A stretch of DNA of 64,000 nucleotides. Source: Promethearchaeia archaeon (GTDB taxonomy: Archaea > Asgardarchaeota > Lokiarchaeia > Sigyniarchaeales > SOKP01). Made by a program: the position numbers and the translations under genes. Below, piece after piece: positions 9,249 through 19,780 of this stretch (position 1 is its first letter; every line of letters starts with the position of its first letter). Below the pieces are notes generated by a model, which was not told where the DNA came from, did not search any database, and saw nothing but the letters and a program-made list of their open reading frames with translations. Location of the stretch: the NCBI GenBank assembly GCA_029856125.1, contig JAHQWJ010000143.1, forward strand, positions 17,325 to 81,324, written 5' to 3'.

Positions 9249-10352
9249 TTAAAAAGAAGTAAATACTAAAAATGCAATGATGATAGTTAACGCATTATAA
9301 ACGCCGTGCGTTATCATAACTGCAATTAAATTTTCTTTCCTCCAGTTATATAGCAATCCAAGCAATAAAGAAATCGCGAAAAATGGAAAGAAGGTGAGGA
9401 GCAATGAGACTAAGAAGGTAGTCAATGATTCTGGAAATACGAATATTCCTATTAAGTGAATTGAAGAAAATATTAATGCTGTAATTAATATTCCCCAATT
9501 TTTACCTAGACTGCGTATTAGTCCCTTTTGTAAAAAACCTCTGAAAAGCACCTCTTCGGATGGTCCTATTATTAATATCATTATAATAACTAACCAAAAG
9601 ATAGTGAGTACATCAGAAGATGTAATGAGAACATCAACTTCACCAGAAGTCCCAAGAATATCATGTACTATTTCGTACCCAAAAATAACTGTTAGTATAA
9701 CCTCCATTAGAAAAGACACGCAAAACACTAAAAATACTCCAAGAATCGCAAAACCGATTCCTATAAGAATTTCTTTCAAAATTCTTTTATTGTTAAAACC
9801 CTTAACAGTAAACCCTAAGAGGATCAATCGATTATTTAAATTTGGTTTTTTTAGGTACTTACCAATATATAACATTGGAACAATAAACAAGATTAACTCG
9901 ATAAAGGAACTAAAAATAATAAGATACGGATTGGCTAAGATGTCATATATAGTATCTAAGTTAAATGAAAAAAAAACAAATACGACAACTGCAAAAATTG
10001 CTGCAGAGTTCATTAAGATAAAAGCTGCCGCAGTCATGCCAATAGAAGCGAAACTACCCCATAATTTCTCTTCTTTCAGATTCGAGAGATCCTCTTGTGA
10101 GAGTCTCTTTCTTGGAGGTCGATGCGGTCTGAAACTGTAAGGTTGGTAGGTAGTCGAAGTCCGAGGACCTAAAGATATTGTATTTTTACGAGGAGGCATC
10201 CTCATATGGGTATTGATGTAGATTAAATCCACACCACATTTGGTGCAAAATTTAATATTCTTCACTTCCGGGATTTTAGTTCCACATATAGGACAATACG
10301 ACCATCTTAGCTTAATTTCGTTCGAATTGTCTATTTTATCGTTCTCATTCAT
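9249..10352 (-). CDS. CPBP/Abi (CAAX protease type II) intramembrane protease with N-terminal zinc ribbon
   Basis: CPICG...CTKCG; EEVLFRG, FSSIH, HGVYN motifs. Confidence 0.88.
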   Translation of the reverse strand: MNENDKIDNSNEIKLRWSYCPICGTKIPEVKNIKFCTKCGVDLIYINTHMRMPPRKNTISLGPRTSTTYQPYSFRPHRPPRKRLSQEDLSNLKEEKLWGSFASIGMTAAAFILMNSAAIFAVVVFVFFSFNLDTIYDILANPYLIIFSSFIELILFIVPMLYIGKYLKKPNLNNRLILLGFTVKGFNNKRILKEILIGIGFAILGVFLVFCVSFLMEVILTVIFGYEIVHDILGTSGEVDVLITSSDVLTIFWLVIIMILIIGPSEEVLFRGFLQKGLIRSLGKNWGILITALIFSSIHLIGIFVFPESLTTFLVSLLLTFFPFFAISLLLGLLYNWRKENLIAVMITHGVYNALTIIIAFLVFTSF

Positions 10353-10446
10353 TCTTACAACAAATTAAGGTTTCAAGATATACTTGTTATAGTTTATTAT
10401 TATTTCTGGTTTAAAAGGATAATGCGTAAAAAATAATTTTGTCAAT

Positions 10447-12225
10447 TTAATGTGTAAAGTAGCAAATCAGTATCTGATTTTCCCACTTAATGGGATTTAC
10501 AAATCCATATCTTTCGAACTGGATGGGCTTATTCAACGGTATATTTTGAAGACTTTTTTCTCCGTTTCCCATAGACACTGTTCCATCGGGTTTTATGATC
10601 GAAACTTTTACATTTTCTTTTTTGGGTACCCAATGTATTATACTATAATCCCGATTTAAATCGGAGCTGTGGAAACGAGCTTGAATTTTACCATCGTTTA
10701 CCCTTATAGAAGTTATTTGAATGTTTATAAGATCTTTTAGGCGTATTATTTGATCGACATTGAGTTTAACCATATCTGCTCGAGATATTAGAATCAACAA
10801 TTTATTGTTTATAGCATCAACTTTAATTTTTCTCCTTCCTTTTTGTGGGTTGGTAGGTTGTAACAAAGGCTCAGCTATGAAGTCTGAAAATGGAACATCG
10901 CTAATTTCAATTATTGTTGGTTCTTCTACGAAGAAATATCTATTTGAAAGTTCATCAATAATATCTTTATTCTTTGAATACAACCAGTTTACCGAAAAAT
11001 TAATAGCATTAATTGATAATCCTAAGTCTAATAGAGAATCTCTTAAAGCTTTTGGTTCAATACCTCTCATTTTTAACGATTGAAGGCTCCACGTACGAGG
11101 GTCGTCCCAGCCGCTATAGGTGCCATTAGCTATATTATTTCGAGCTTTTGTTTTACTTAATAGATTTTCTTCACTTTTACTCAAACCCGAAAAGTTTAAG
11201 CGCCCATAGTGGATGAACTCTGCCTTTTTCCATCCGAAATGGGCCCATATAAAATCTTCTATTACATCCTCTTTAACTAAATCGGACCCTCTAAGTATGT
11301 GAGAAACACCAATAAGATAATCATCAATTGCCCAAGAAAACTCCAACATCGGCCAAACCAAATATTTAGTGCCTACTCGTGGGTGTTCAGCTTCGGATAT
11401 TCTCATAATAATTTGATCTCTTATTGCGGGATCTTTATACTTCATCCCAGTTTTCAACCTTACAACAACTTCAGTTTCATGATATTTCCCATTTAACATA
11501 TTCTCCCATTCTTTTAAGTTAAAAGATAAGGTGTGATTTCTATGTGGACAATCTAATTTTCGATCTTTGTACTTATTTTTAAATTCTGCCGCGGTACAAA
11601 AACAGACATATGCAAGATTATCTTTAATAAGTTTTTCGCAGTACTCATAATAAATTTCAAGTCGTTTACTTTTGTAATAAACTTTTGAATAAGTAATACC
11701 TAACCACTTTAGGCCATCCTCTATTAACTTATAAGCTTCTGGGAGCACATATTTAGCTTTAGAAGTATTTCTCAATGATTTTGGACTTCCGATCGTGTCA
11801 TCAAAGAAAAGTATTAAGTCTCCGTTGTATTTTTTGATATATTCGCTGTTCAAGACTACCATCCTTGCGTTTCCAATGTGTAAAGCTCCACTTGGGTATG
11901 GTGCTAAGCGCATCACTATTTTATCGTAATTCTGAGCATTAGGCAACTCTGGTAGTGTTTTCTTTTCTTTCTTTGATACTTTTTTCTCTAAAGCATCGGG
12001 CTTTAACTCTAGTAACTTTGCTTCTTGTTCTTGAAGAGTTAATTTGGAGATTTCTAAGACAATCTCATCTTGAATAAGTTTTATTTCTTTTATTTGAGAT
12101 TTGAGCTCTGGGTTTTGCCCTATAAGTTTTCCTAGAATGGCTTTTACATTTGGTTTACCTCCAAATTTTACTGAATTTTCAAGGCTATAAATCCATAATA
12201 ATCGCTTTATTTCTGAATTTTCCAC
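10447..12225 (-). CDS. gltX: Glutamate-tRNA ligase (archaeal type)
   Basis: RLAPYPSGALHIGN (HIGH), LSKT (KMSKS-like), GWDDPR, QFERYGF. Confidence 0.97.
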   Translation of the reverse strand: MENSEIKRLLWIYSLENSVKFGGKPNVKAILGKLIGQNPELKSQIKEIKLIQDEIVLEISKLTLQEQEAKLLELKPDALEKKVSKKEKKTLPELPNAQNYDKIVMRLAPYPSGALHIGNARMVVLNSEYIKKYNGDLILFFDDTIGSPKSLRNTSKAKYVLPEAYKLIEDGLKWLGITYSKVYYKSKRLEIYYEYCEKLIKDNLAYVCFCTAAEFKNKYKDRKLDCPHRNHTLSFNLKEWENMLNGKYHETEVVVRLKTGMKYKDPAIRDQIIMRISEAEHPRVGTKYLVWPMLEFSWAIDDYLIGVSHILRGSDLVKEDVIEDFIWAHFGWKKAEFIHYGRLNFSGLSKSEENLLSKTKARNNIANGTYSGWDDPRTWSLQSLKMRGIEPKALRDSLLDLGLSINAINFSVNWLYSKNKDIIDELSNRYFFVEEPTIIEISDVPFSDFIAEPLLQPTNPQKGRRKIKVDAINNKLLILISRADMVKLNVDQIIRLKDLINIQITSIRVNDGKIQARFHSSDLNRDYSIIHWVPKKENVKVSIIKPDGTVSMGNGEKSLQNIPLNKPIQFERYGFVNPIKWENQILICYFTH

Positions 12226-12386
12226 TATTTAAACCTCTCTAAAGATCATCAATATGATTGTATAAAATTTTATTTTATAGCTATTTGAGTATTAATAATA
12301 AACCTTATCAGAAAAAATATATCATTATTAAGGTGAATATCAGCATTAATACATTGTAGCGTTTGTAATTAATTAAAAAGGAAAAT

Positions 12387-12683
12387 TTGGTGGTTAAGAT
12401 CTATTATCGTGGTTACATACTTATTAGACTAAAAGTAATTGGAACTGAATGGGAAGTTGTAAAAAGATTAACAAATTTAAGATCGAATAATCCAGAGGAA
12501 GATTGGGCAGTGACTTACACAACTCCTGTTTACGGCGGATGGGACTTAGTAGCAGAATGCAAATTTACTAAACTTCAAGAACTGGATAAAATCGTAGCTT
12601 ATATTCGCGTTGACGATGATTTATCTAACTGGGTCGAGGAAACCACTACATTAGTATCTAGTAAGCCTGATTATCCTAAGTAA
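12387..12683 (+). CDS. Stand-alone Lrp/AsnC ligand-binding (RAM)-like domain protein
   Basis: GYILI...VYGGWDLVAE...VEETTTLV pattern; no HTH. Confidence 0.7.
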   Translation: MVVKIYYRGYILIRLKVIGTEWEVVKRLTNLRSNNPEEDWAVTYTTPVYGGWDLVAECKFTKLQELDKIVAYIRVDDDLSNWVEETTTLVSSKPDYPK

Positions 12684-12833
12684 ATAAGATAATTAGATCT
12701 ATTCTTCTATTACAAAATTCAATGAATTATTAGAAATATAATCTTGGATAATTCTAACTCATCTTTCTAATACTTAATAGAGAAATAAAGTATTTTAGCT
12801 TTAAAGTATTTAAACAATTATTAATAAAATATT

Positions 12834-12936
12834 AGCCCAGTAGTCGAGTGGATAAGACGCTTGCCTGCGAAGCAAGTGATCAGGGGTTCAATCTTCTTAA
12901 AACTTCTTATAGAAGGAATAATTCCCCTCTGGGCTA
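12834..12936 (+). tRNA. tRNA-Arg(GCG) with 30-nt intron (12892-12921) in the T loop, position 58/59
   Basis: Acceptor AGCCCAG/CTGGGCT-A; anticodon arm CTTGC-CTGCGAA-GCAAG; T stem AGGGG/CCCCT; clear bulge-helix-bulge; CCA not encoded. Confidence 0.93.
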
Positions 12937-12944
12937 CTATATCT

Positions 12945-13742
12945 CTAATCTATGTATTGTAAAACTTCTTCTATTGATTTAATTCTTGTTAAATTAGGAA
13001 TATTAATTTCTTTTTCATAAGGGAACTCATAATCTCTCTCTTTTAAGATAATTTGCATACCTACTCTATTGGCACCGACTATATCAGCAGCCTCATCACC
13101 TACCATTATACAATATTCTGCATCGTTTTTCGTTAATCCCATTCTCTTTAGAGTATGAAAAAAAATGTCAGAATTTGGCTTTCTTTTGCCAAACTTAGCA
13201 GAAGTCACACTAACATCAAAATAATCATTCATTTCATTATCTCTAAGTAAATTTTTAATAGTTTTATGATTTGGATGATTGGATATAAGCCCAATTTTTA
13301 AGTTTGATATTTTAGATAAAGTTTCTAAAGTAAATTTTGTTTTTTCATCGGGTTTCCATTCTTCTTCTTCACAGGAATGATACAACTCCGCAAGTTTTTC
13401 CAAAAAATTGTTTTTTATTTTCTCTTCTTGAATTTCATAGCCTTTTTCTTTTAACAGGTCCAATGTCGTCTTAAACAATAAAGTAGTGGGGAATTCATCT
13501 TTTGTTTTCATTGCTTGTTTAAAATAGGTAGCTCTCTTTTTGTTGAAAATTTTCATGAAATCTTCCGTCATTTGGCCCTTGTCTTCTATTATTTTCTCTT
13601 GCTTGAGAACATTAATAGATTTTGACATTCCCCTCCTAAAACAATCAAAGTATTTTTTCATTGAGACGTTTTTAAAATGAAATAGTGTAAAACCAAAGTC
13701 AAATATGATTGCCCTTACTTTCATTCTAGATATATAAATCAC
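12945..13742 (-). CDS. HAD-superfamily hydrolase
   Basis: IFDFGFTL, ISNH, RKP, MVGD...DIVGA. Confidence 0.88.
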   Translation of the reverse strand: MIYISRMKVRAIIFDFGFTLFHFKNVSMKKYFDCFRRGMSKSINVLKQEKIIEDKGQMTEDFMKIFNKKRATYFKQAMKTKDEFPTTLLFKTTLDLLKEKGYEIQEEKIKNNFLEKLAELYHSCEEEEWKPDEKTKFTLETLSKISNLKIGLISNHPNHKTIKNLLRDNEMNDYFDVSVTSAKFGKRKPNSDIFFHTLKRMGLTKNDAEYCIMVGDEAADIVGANRVGMQIILKERDYEFPYEKEINIPNLTRIKSIEEVLQYID

Positions 13743-13854
13743 TTGAAGGAATATTAAGCTATCTCTCTAAGATTTTTAATGAGAATTTTACCTTATATTA
13801 ATAATTTAATAGATATATAAAAGATTGAACTAAATAATTATTTTTATTAAGATT

Positions 13855-14385
13855 ATGTCAATGGATAAGTGGCTGGATGACGAAGAAACCAAAGAAAAGA
13901 AAAAAAAAAGAAATGAAATTTATAGCAGCTTATCAAATGAAGAAAAAAATGATCTAAGTAAACAAAAAATCCGCGAATTAGTAAAAAAAGACGAAATTAC
14001 TAGTAGTTTTGACGAGAGTAGAAAGGGCTTTTTAACCAAAGTTTTAGAGTTTAAAGATTGGTTGGATAATCGAGCATATATAAAAGGAGACATTGAAAGA
14101 ATTCAAACTTGGGTAGAGAATCTATACTCTATGGTTGATATAAGCATAAATTTCCAGAACAAAGCAAGTGTTAATAATGGAAAAGTGCCCTTGATTAATA
14201 GCTATAAATCTATCCCTGTCAAATTTTTAGATGAAAAGACGCGGATTGCATTGAATAAAAAGCTGAGAGGTATGAAGCGAACTAACTCAGATAATTATTA
14301 TTTACGAAAGCTAAAAATTATCGTTAAAGAAAAATTAAAAGACGCAGAATATTACAATATCTTAAGAGACATATTAGAGAGTTGA
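13855..14385 (+). CDS. Hypothetical protein
   Basis: 176-aa ORF, 7 nt upstream of the next gene on the same strand. Confidence 0.65.
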   Translation: MSMDKWLDDEETKEKKKKRNEIYSSLSNEEKNDLSKQKIRELVKKDEITSSFDESRKGFLTKVLEFKDWLDNRAYIKGDIERIQTWVENLYSMVDISINFQNKASVNNGKVPLINSYKSIPVKFLDEKTRIALNKKLRGMKRTNSDNYYLRKLKIIVKEKLKDAEYYNILRDILES

Positions 14386-14392
14386 TTTTAAT

Positions 14393-15481
14393 TTGAAATT
14401 AGTTTGTCCAATCGCAGGCGTAGGAAAAAGACTTCAACCATTTACCTATTCAAAACCTAAAGCTTTCCTTAAAATTGCAGGAAACAGGCTCATCGACCAC
14501 ATATTGATTAAGCTAAAAAGAACGTTCCCAAAAAATACGGAAATTGCCTTCATTGTGGGCTATAAAAAACGACAAATAACTGAATATATTACTGAACATT
14601 TTTCTGATTACTTTAATCTTGAATTTATCGAACAGAAACCACTTGGCTATTTAGCAGATACTCCATTTTTTAGCGGCCTTGGAGATGCTATTTTACTAGC
14701 CAAGAATTTTGTTAATAATGATGACTGTTTCATTTTTCTAAGCGATAGGCTTCCAATGGAAGATTATTCTTCAATTGTATTAACCTATCACCAAGGCGAA
14801 TGTGACGGAGTGATAAATATTAAAAAAGTTGATAATCCTAAGTTTTATGGAGTTACGGTAATAGATGATAATGCTAAAATAAAAAGAATAGTGGAAAAAC
14901 CAGAAGAGTTTATTTCTGATTATGCTGTTTCTGGAGCTTATCTTTTTGGAAAAAAAATAGTGAATAGATTATTTGAGCTTTTAGATGAACAAAGCAAGGT
15001 TGAACTCGAAAACGGGAAAGAGCATCTTTTTACTCCTATAATAGAACAGCTTATTAATGAAGGGATCATGATTAAAGGGAATATAATGCAGAATGAAATA
15101 TTGGACTTCGGAAGACCAGAAACATTACTTGAAGGAAATCGATATTTATTATCGGAAACCAAAATAAAGGACCCATTATTTGAATCAAAATTCCAAACGG
15201 GAAACATTTTAGACTCTAAAATTGTTCCTCCGGTTTTTATAGGAAAAAATGTGAGCATTAAGAATTCAGTAATAGGTCCAAATGTTTCTATAGGAGATGA
15301 TTTATCTATCGAAAAATGCATCCTCTCCGAATCTGTAATCGGAGATGGGGTATTCTTAAGAAAAATCATATCGTCTAACAGTATTATTGGAGACTACTCC
15401 ATTTTAGAAGACCTAATTAAGAAAAATATCACTATTGGCGACTCTTCTTATATTACAACTTCAAAAATAAAATCTTTTTAA
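14393..15481 (+). CDS. Sugar-1-phosphate nucleotidyltransferase with C-terminal left-handed beta-helix
   Basis: AGVGKRLQPFTYSKPK, VEKP, hexapeptide repeats. Confidence 0.9.
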   Translation: MKLVCPIAGVGKRLQPFTYSKPKAFLKIAGNRLIDHILIKLKRTFPKNTEIAFIVGYKKRQITEYITEHFSDYFNLEFIEQKPLGYLADTPFFSGLGDAILLAKNFVNNDDCFIFLSDRLPMEDYSSIVLTYHQGECDGVINIKKVDNPKFYGVTVIDDNAKIKRIVEKPEEFISDYAVSGAYLFGKKIVNRLFELLDEQSKVELENGKEHLFTPIIEQLINEGIMIKGNIMQNEILDFGRPETLLEGNRYLLSETKIKDPLFESKFQTGNILDSKIVPPVFIGKNVSIKNSVIGPNVSIGDDLSIEKCILSESVIGDGVFLRKIISSNSIIGDYSILEDLIKKNITIGDSSYITTSKIKSF

Positions 15482-15498
15482 TAAATAAAAAAAAAGAA

Positions 15499-16929
15499 TT
15501 AGTTTAATTTTGGACGCTTTTCTTGCCATGGGGAAACTTCTTCAAATGCTTTTGAGACTTGAAGAACTGTTCTTTCATCATAACGCTTTCCAACAATTTG
15601 CATTCCAATTGGTAACCCAGAATTAGACCAACCAGACGGAATTGACGCAGCAGGGAGACCTGTCATGTTAAAAGGATACGTATATGTCATCCAACTCATA
15701 ATACTCAATGTTTTTTTCCCTATTGATGGAAACGTAGTCCCCGTTTCTAACCAACCTGGTTTAATAGCAGGACAAGGTAATGTTGGTGTTATCAATATGT
15801 CATAATCCTTAAAATACTGGTACATAACTTCGTAAACATGTTTTCTTTGTTCTCTAGCTTTTCCAATATTCATAGCACTATTATCTAAACCTAATCTTAT
15901 GGAGCCTTTTAAATCTGGACTAAGGTCTTCAGGTCTATTATTAAAATCTTTTTGCAAATCATAGGCATAACCAATGGAGACCTCTGTTTTATATGCTGAT
16001 TCTGGTTTTCTTATTTTTAAATTTGCTTCTTCTATATCCCAATCAAATCGCTCAAACTTTTGAATACCATCAAGAACATTTTCTTTAACCTCATCATCTA
16101 GAATTTTTCCATAACCTAAAGTCATAGAATACCCTATTTTTAATTTTTTAGGTTTTTCATCGAGTACCTTAGCATAATCAATGTCATCGTCGGGAAAAGA
16201 ATTATGATCCCCCGGATGGTGACCTTTCATAGCATTTAACATAAGAGCGGCGTCCTTTACATGGCGTACAATTGGACCGTAATGATCCATTGAGTAAAAC
16301 GCTATTCCAATACGGGGATAACTAGGAATACGCCCAAAAGTAGGTTTTAATCCATAGACTCCGCAACAGCTACAAGGTACTCTAATTGAGCCCCCTCCAT
16401 CTGATCCTAAAGCTAATGGCCCTATCCCCCCTGCAACGGCTGAAGCAGCTCCTCCGCTAGAACCTCCTGAATTCCGTTCAATATCCCATGGATTTTTTGT
16501 TTCTCCAAAGATTTTGTTGTTTGTAAGAGCGATAGCACCAAATTCTGGCGTATTTGTTTTGCCTAGTATGACGCAACCAGACGCAATTAATCTTTGAACC
16601 GCAACATCATCTTGTTCGGGAATAAAATCTTCATACAATTTAGAACCAAAAGTAGTTCTTATTCCTTTAGTCTGCATTAAATCCTTAATTGATGTTGGAA
16701 TTCCATGTAATAATCCTAATGTTTCACTTCTTTTAACTGCTTCATCTGCTTTTTTGGCAGTTTCTCTTGCTAATTCAAAAGTAGGAGTACAATAAGCATT
16801 TATTATAGGATTGATTTTTTCTATTCGTTCAATTATGGTTTCAGTAATTTCAATTGATGATAATTCTTGAGATTTGATTTTTTCTCGCATCTCGAAAGCC
16901 GACATAAAACAGATATCCTCTTTATTCAT
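15499..16929 (-). CDS. Amidase signature family protein
   Basis: IKDL, GKTNTPEF, SGGSSGG, GSDGGGSIR. Confidence 0.95.
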   Translation of the reverse strand: MNKEDICFMSAFEMREKIKSQELSSIEITETIIERIEKINPIINAYCTPTFELARETAKKADEAVKRSETLGLLHGIPTSIKDLMQTKGIRTTFGSKLYEDFIPEQDDVAVQRLIASGCVILGKTNTPEFGAIALTNNKIFGETKNPWDIERNSGGSSGGAASAVAGGIGPLALGSDGGGSIRVPCSCCGVYGLKPTFGRIPSYPRIGIAFYSMDHYGPIVRHVKDAALMLNAMKGHHPGDHNSFPDDDIDYAKVLDEKPKKLKIGYSMTLGYGKILDDEVKENVLDGIQKFERFDWDIEEANLKIRKPESAYKTEVSIGYAYDLQKDFNNRPEDLSPDLKGSIRLGLDNSAMNIGKAREQRKHVYEVMYQYFKDYDILITPTLPCPAIKPGWLETGTTFPSIGKKTLSIMSWMTYTYPFNMTGLPAASIPSGWSNSGLPIGMQIVGKRYDERTVLQVSKAFEEVSPWQEKRPKLN

Positions 16930-17139
16930 AGTATTTTACCTCAGTAGAATTAATTTTGATATATTAATGATTATTTGAAGTATCTAATATAAATTACTTT
17001 CTTTAATTAAGGTAAAATAATTGTCGATTTCCAAAATCAAATTTTTAAGTTTAAAAAAATTATTATGCTGTAATTTACTAAAGAAAATATTCTATTAAAG
17101 AAACTTTCGCAGAACCTAAAAACGAATATTGATGTAAAA

Positions 17140-17820
17140 GTGAATCAAAAATTAAAAATAATTTTTATAGTAGGAATTTTAAATTTCGTTATATTCAGTT
17201 CCTGTTTTAATGTAATTGGTAAAGCAGAGATAGAGCATGAAATTGGTTTTACTGAAGGAACCGAATTAATTTGGGAGATTACAGTACTAGACCTAGAAAG
17301 TTTTAGAGAGATTTTCGGATCTGATCCCAATTTTGAATTAGGAGATCAAATTAGAATGATTATAAGAGAAATCAATGAACTTACATTTTATTGGAATATA
17401 TATATAGAATTTTGGGATTATAAGACTGATTGGGGATTGAGTGGTGAAACTATCGAAATCCTTATCGCAAAATCTCCAGATGCTTATGACGATTACCTAT
17501 TCAGTCTTACACCTGTAGAAGATTATTTAGAACAAGCGATAGCGGCTCTACCTTCTGAGTATTCTAGAAGTGGTTTAACAATATTTAAACAAGGTAAAAG
17601 CGACTCTGGAATGGATTATTTATGGGAAAAGCAATTTGATTCAAGAGGGATTCTTGTAATAGAAACTTATTACGATGAGTCTGATGAGATAATAATAAAA
17701 AGTGAAGGGAAATTTCAGATTATTCCTTTTGGTATAACTTTTATTGGTTTTACAATATTTGCTATTATTGCCATAATAGTTGTTTCTATAAAAAAGAAAA
17801 ATCTCAGAATTAAAATTTAA
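17140..17820 (+). CDS. Secreted, C-terminally membrane-anchored hypothetical protein
   Basis: Signal-peptide-like N-terminus, acidic body, C-terminal IPFG-TM-KKK. Confidence 0.65.
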   Translation: MNQKLKIIFIVGILNFVIFSSCFNVIGKAEIEHEIGFTEGTELIWEITVLDLESFREIFGSDPNFELGDQIRMIIREINELTFYWNIYIEFWDYKTDWGLSGETIEILIAKSPDAYDDYLFSLTPVEDYLEQAIAALPSEYSRSGLTIFKQGKSDSGMDYLWEKQFDSRGILVIETYYDESDEIIIKSEGKFQIIPFGITFIGFTIFAIIAIIVVSIKKKNLRIKI

Positions 17821-18217
17821 AATCTTTTTGCCAGTGCTTATACCCAATTTGCCAAAGTTTTAATCTAGGTTTATTTACTTTACTATCCAGTTCAATTCCA
17901 GGTAGAGGATGGTCCATAATATTATGATAACGCTCATAATATTCTTCAGCATTAGAAGTCCCTTCAATCATATTTAAAATAGCTTTTTCTGTAAAATACA
18001 GGATTAAATCTGGTTTAATATTAGGCTTAGTTTTTGTCATCTCTAGCAATTTTTCATTCTTTTTGAATAAAAAGAAGTTAAGTTTGATATTTGTATCATC
18101 GGTGGATTGCTCAGTGATACTATATTCCCAACATGCTTTTACATGTAAATGCCTCATTAAATCTAATTGATTTGGAAAAAATTCTTTTAATTTTGTATAT
18201 AATTTATCAGGATCCAT
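17810..18217 (-). CDS. Hypothetical protein, possibly SCP2 (sterol carrier)-like
   Basis: PDLILYFTEKAILNMIEG resembles the SCP2 core; similar to the 19781-20260 product. Confidence 0.55.
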   Translation of the reverse strand: MDPDKLYTKLKEFFPNQLDLMRHLHVKACWEYSITEQSTDDTNIKLNFFLFKKNEKLLEMTKTKPNIKPDLILYFTEKAILNMIEGTSNAEEYYERYHNIMDHPLPGIELDSKVNKPRLKLWQIGYKHWQKDFKF

Positions 18218-18229
18218 TGTGTATGAAAA

Positions 18230-19723
18230 TTATTTAATTTTTTCTAAATTCAGCGAAGTCCCATCATATATAAATTTTCCATAAACTAACTCTTGAGGAT
18301 AATATTTACAACCTGCTGGATAAGCAGAATCTTTAATTCCTCCTAATGAAACCGTAATATCTACAAGCATAGGTCTAGCATTAATATAAATATTTGCAGC
18401 TTCTAATTGGTTCTTAAAAACCTCAATATTATTCAAATTAGAAGTGTAAACTACCGCTCTCATACCATAATTACTCGCATTTGCTAATCTAATTGCATCT
18501 TTCATATCTTTGGCTTTAGTAATAGAACGGACAGGTCCAAAAGCCTCTTCTCTCCATAAAAACGGAGCCCTAGATAAATCTTCACACAATTCTGGTTTGA
18601 TTTCCACCAGAGTCGGCGTATAAAATAATCCATAGTCTTCTCCTGTATCAATTTTTTCACCACCAGTATATATTTTTACCCCATATTCTTTAGCATCAGC
18701 CACCATGACATCCATCATCGTTAGTATACGTCGACTCCCTAATGGTCCAATATCAACAGCGGGATCTGTGGGGTCTCCATATTTTAATTTCTCAATTTCT
18801 TTTATCAGACATTCTGTATATTCATCATATATATCTTGGTGGACTATAATTCGCTTCATAGAGAAACATTGTTGACCTGAATTGGTGTAACTTGCCATAG
18901 CATTCCATTTTGCTACATTTTCTAAATTAATATCATCCATTACGATTCCCGCATCATTTCCTGCGCACTCAAAGAAGAATTGTTTAAAAGGTTGAGTATA
19001 CATTGTGACTCCCATTGATTTATCTGCAGTTTTTTTAAGCATCCTTCCATATCTCACAAGAATATCTTTTGCAGTATGCGAAGAAGTAACCGTCATAATA
19101 ATCTTGATTAATTGAGATTTAAGAAATTCATCTACAGCCCATTCTCCGGGAGCTATAACCAAATCTAATGCATCTAACCCAGGAAAATCCATATCCTCCA
19201 TGGTGGAATAGGCTTCTAACATAGTTAAGGGGCATGCAGTAGATGGTTTAACAACCGCACCATTTCCTACTAAATAATTAGCGCCCATCTGATAAAGGGG
19301 AAGGCTAATTGGTGTGTTACGAGGCGAAATACAAGCAGATAATCCATGTGGAATATATTTTATAATTACATTTTTCTCTCCTTCAATACCAGTTAATGGT
19401 TTGTCTTCTATAAATTGATAATACCAATCGCAAAATCGGAAGCCCGTAAGCACAATGTTCAGTTCCCAATCCGAATATTTGATCGGTAAACCTCCTTCTG
19501 CTACAACTAAATCTTTTAGTTTTTTCTTTTTAAATCGCATTTTACTTGCATATTTAGAGAGAATTTGAGCGCGTTCAAAGAAGTCCATTTCTTTTAATAA
19601 ATGTTGATTTTTATGTACTTTTTTTATTTTATCTCTTAGAGACTCAGGTGTATCTGCTTGTATGGTATCAATAACTTCTCCAGTATATTTATTTTTTATT
19701 TCTAATTCTTGAACTGTTGTCAT
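18230..19723 (-). CDS. Aldehyde dehydrogenase family protein (divergent)
   Basis: VVKPS, ECAGND, NSGQQC (catalytic Cys), EEAFGPV, NASNYGM. Confidence 0.92.
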   Translation of the reverse strand: MTTVQELEIKNKYTGEVIDTIQADTPESLRDKIKKVHKNQHLLKEMDFFERAQILSKYASKMRFKKKKLKDLVVAEGGLPIKYSDWELNIVLTGFRFCDWYYQFIEDKPLTGIEGEKNVIIKYIPHGLSACISPRNTPISLPLYQMGANYLVGNGAVVKPSTACPLTMLEAYSTMEDMDFPGLDALDLVIAPGEWAVDEFLKSQLIKIIMTVTSSHTAKDILVRYGRMLKKTADKSMGVTMYTQPFKQFFFECAGNDAGIVMDDINLENVAKWNAMASYTNSGQQCFSMKRIIVHQDIYDEYTECLIKEIEKLKYGDPTDPAVDIGPLGSRRILTMMDVMVADAKEYGVKIYTGGEKIDTGEDYGLFYTPTLVEIKPELCEDLSRAPFLWREEAFGPVRSITKAKDMKDAIRLANASNYGMRAVVYTSNLNNIEVFKNQLEAANIYINARPMLVDITVSLGGIKDSAYPAGCKYYPQELVYGKFIYDGTSLNLEKIK

Positions 19724-19780
19724 ATTTTTAATTACCTTTCTAATTTTACTGATGTTTCTAATATTTATTTAAGAAGATTT

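Noticed and set aside
9604-10140. Long antisense or overlapping ORFs (also 2875, 3403, 3846, 5213, 6765, 10450, 10760, 11299, 14938, 17145, 17641, 21661, 21665, 27268, 27511, 28287, 29694, 30330, 30576, 33034, 33713, 33937, 34328, 40595, 44785, 47295, 48410, 49026, 53573, 54082, 54534, 54644, 54880, 55013, 59611, 60217, 62638)
   Set aside because: They overlap well-supported genes and carry no recognisable motifs; treated as shadow frames.
15499-16929. Calling the amidase gatA
   Set aside because: No gatB/gatC neighbours, and the sequence fits the general amidase family equally well.
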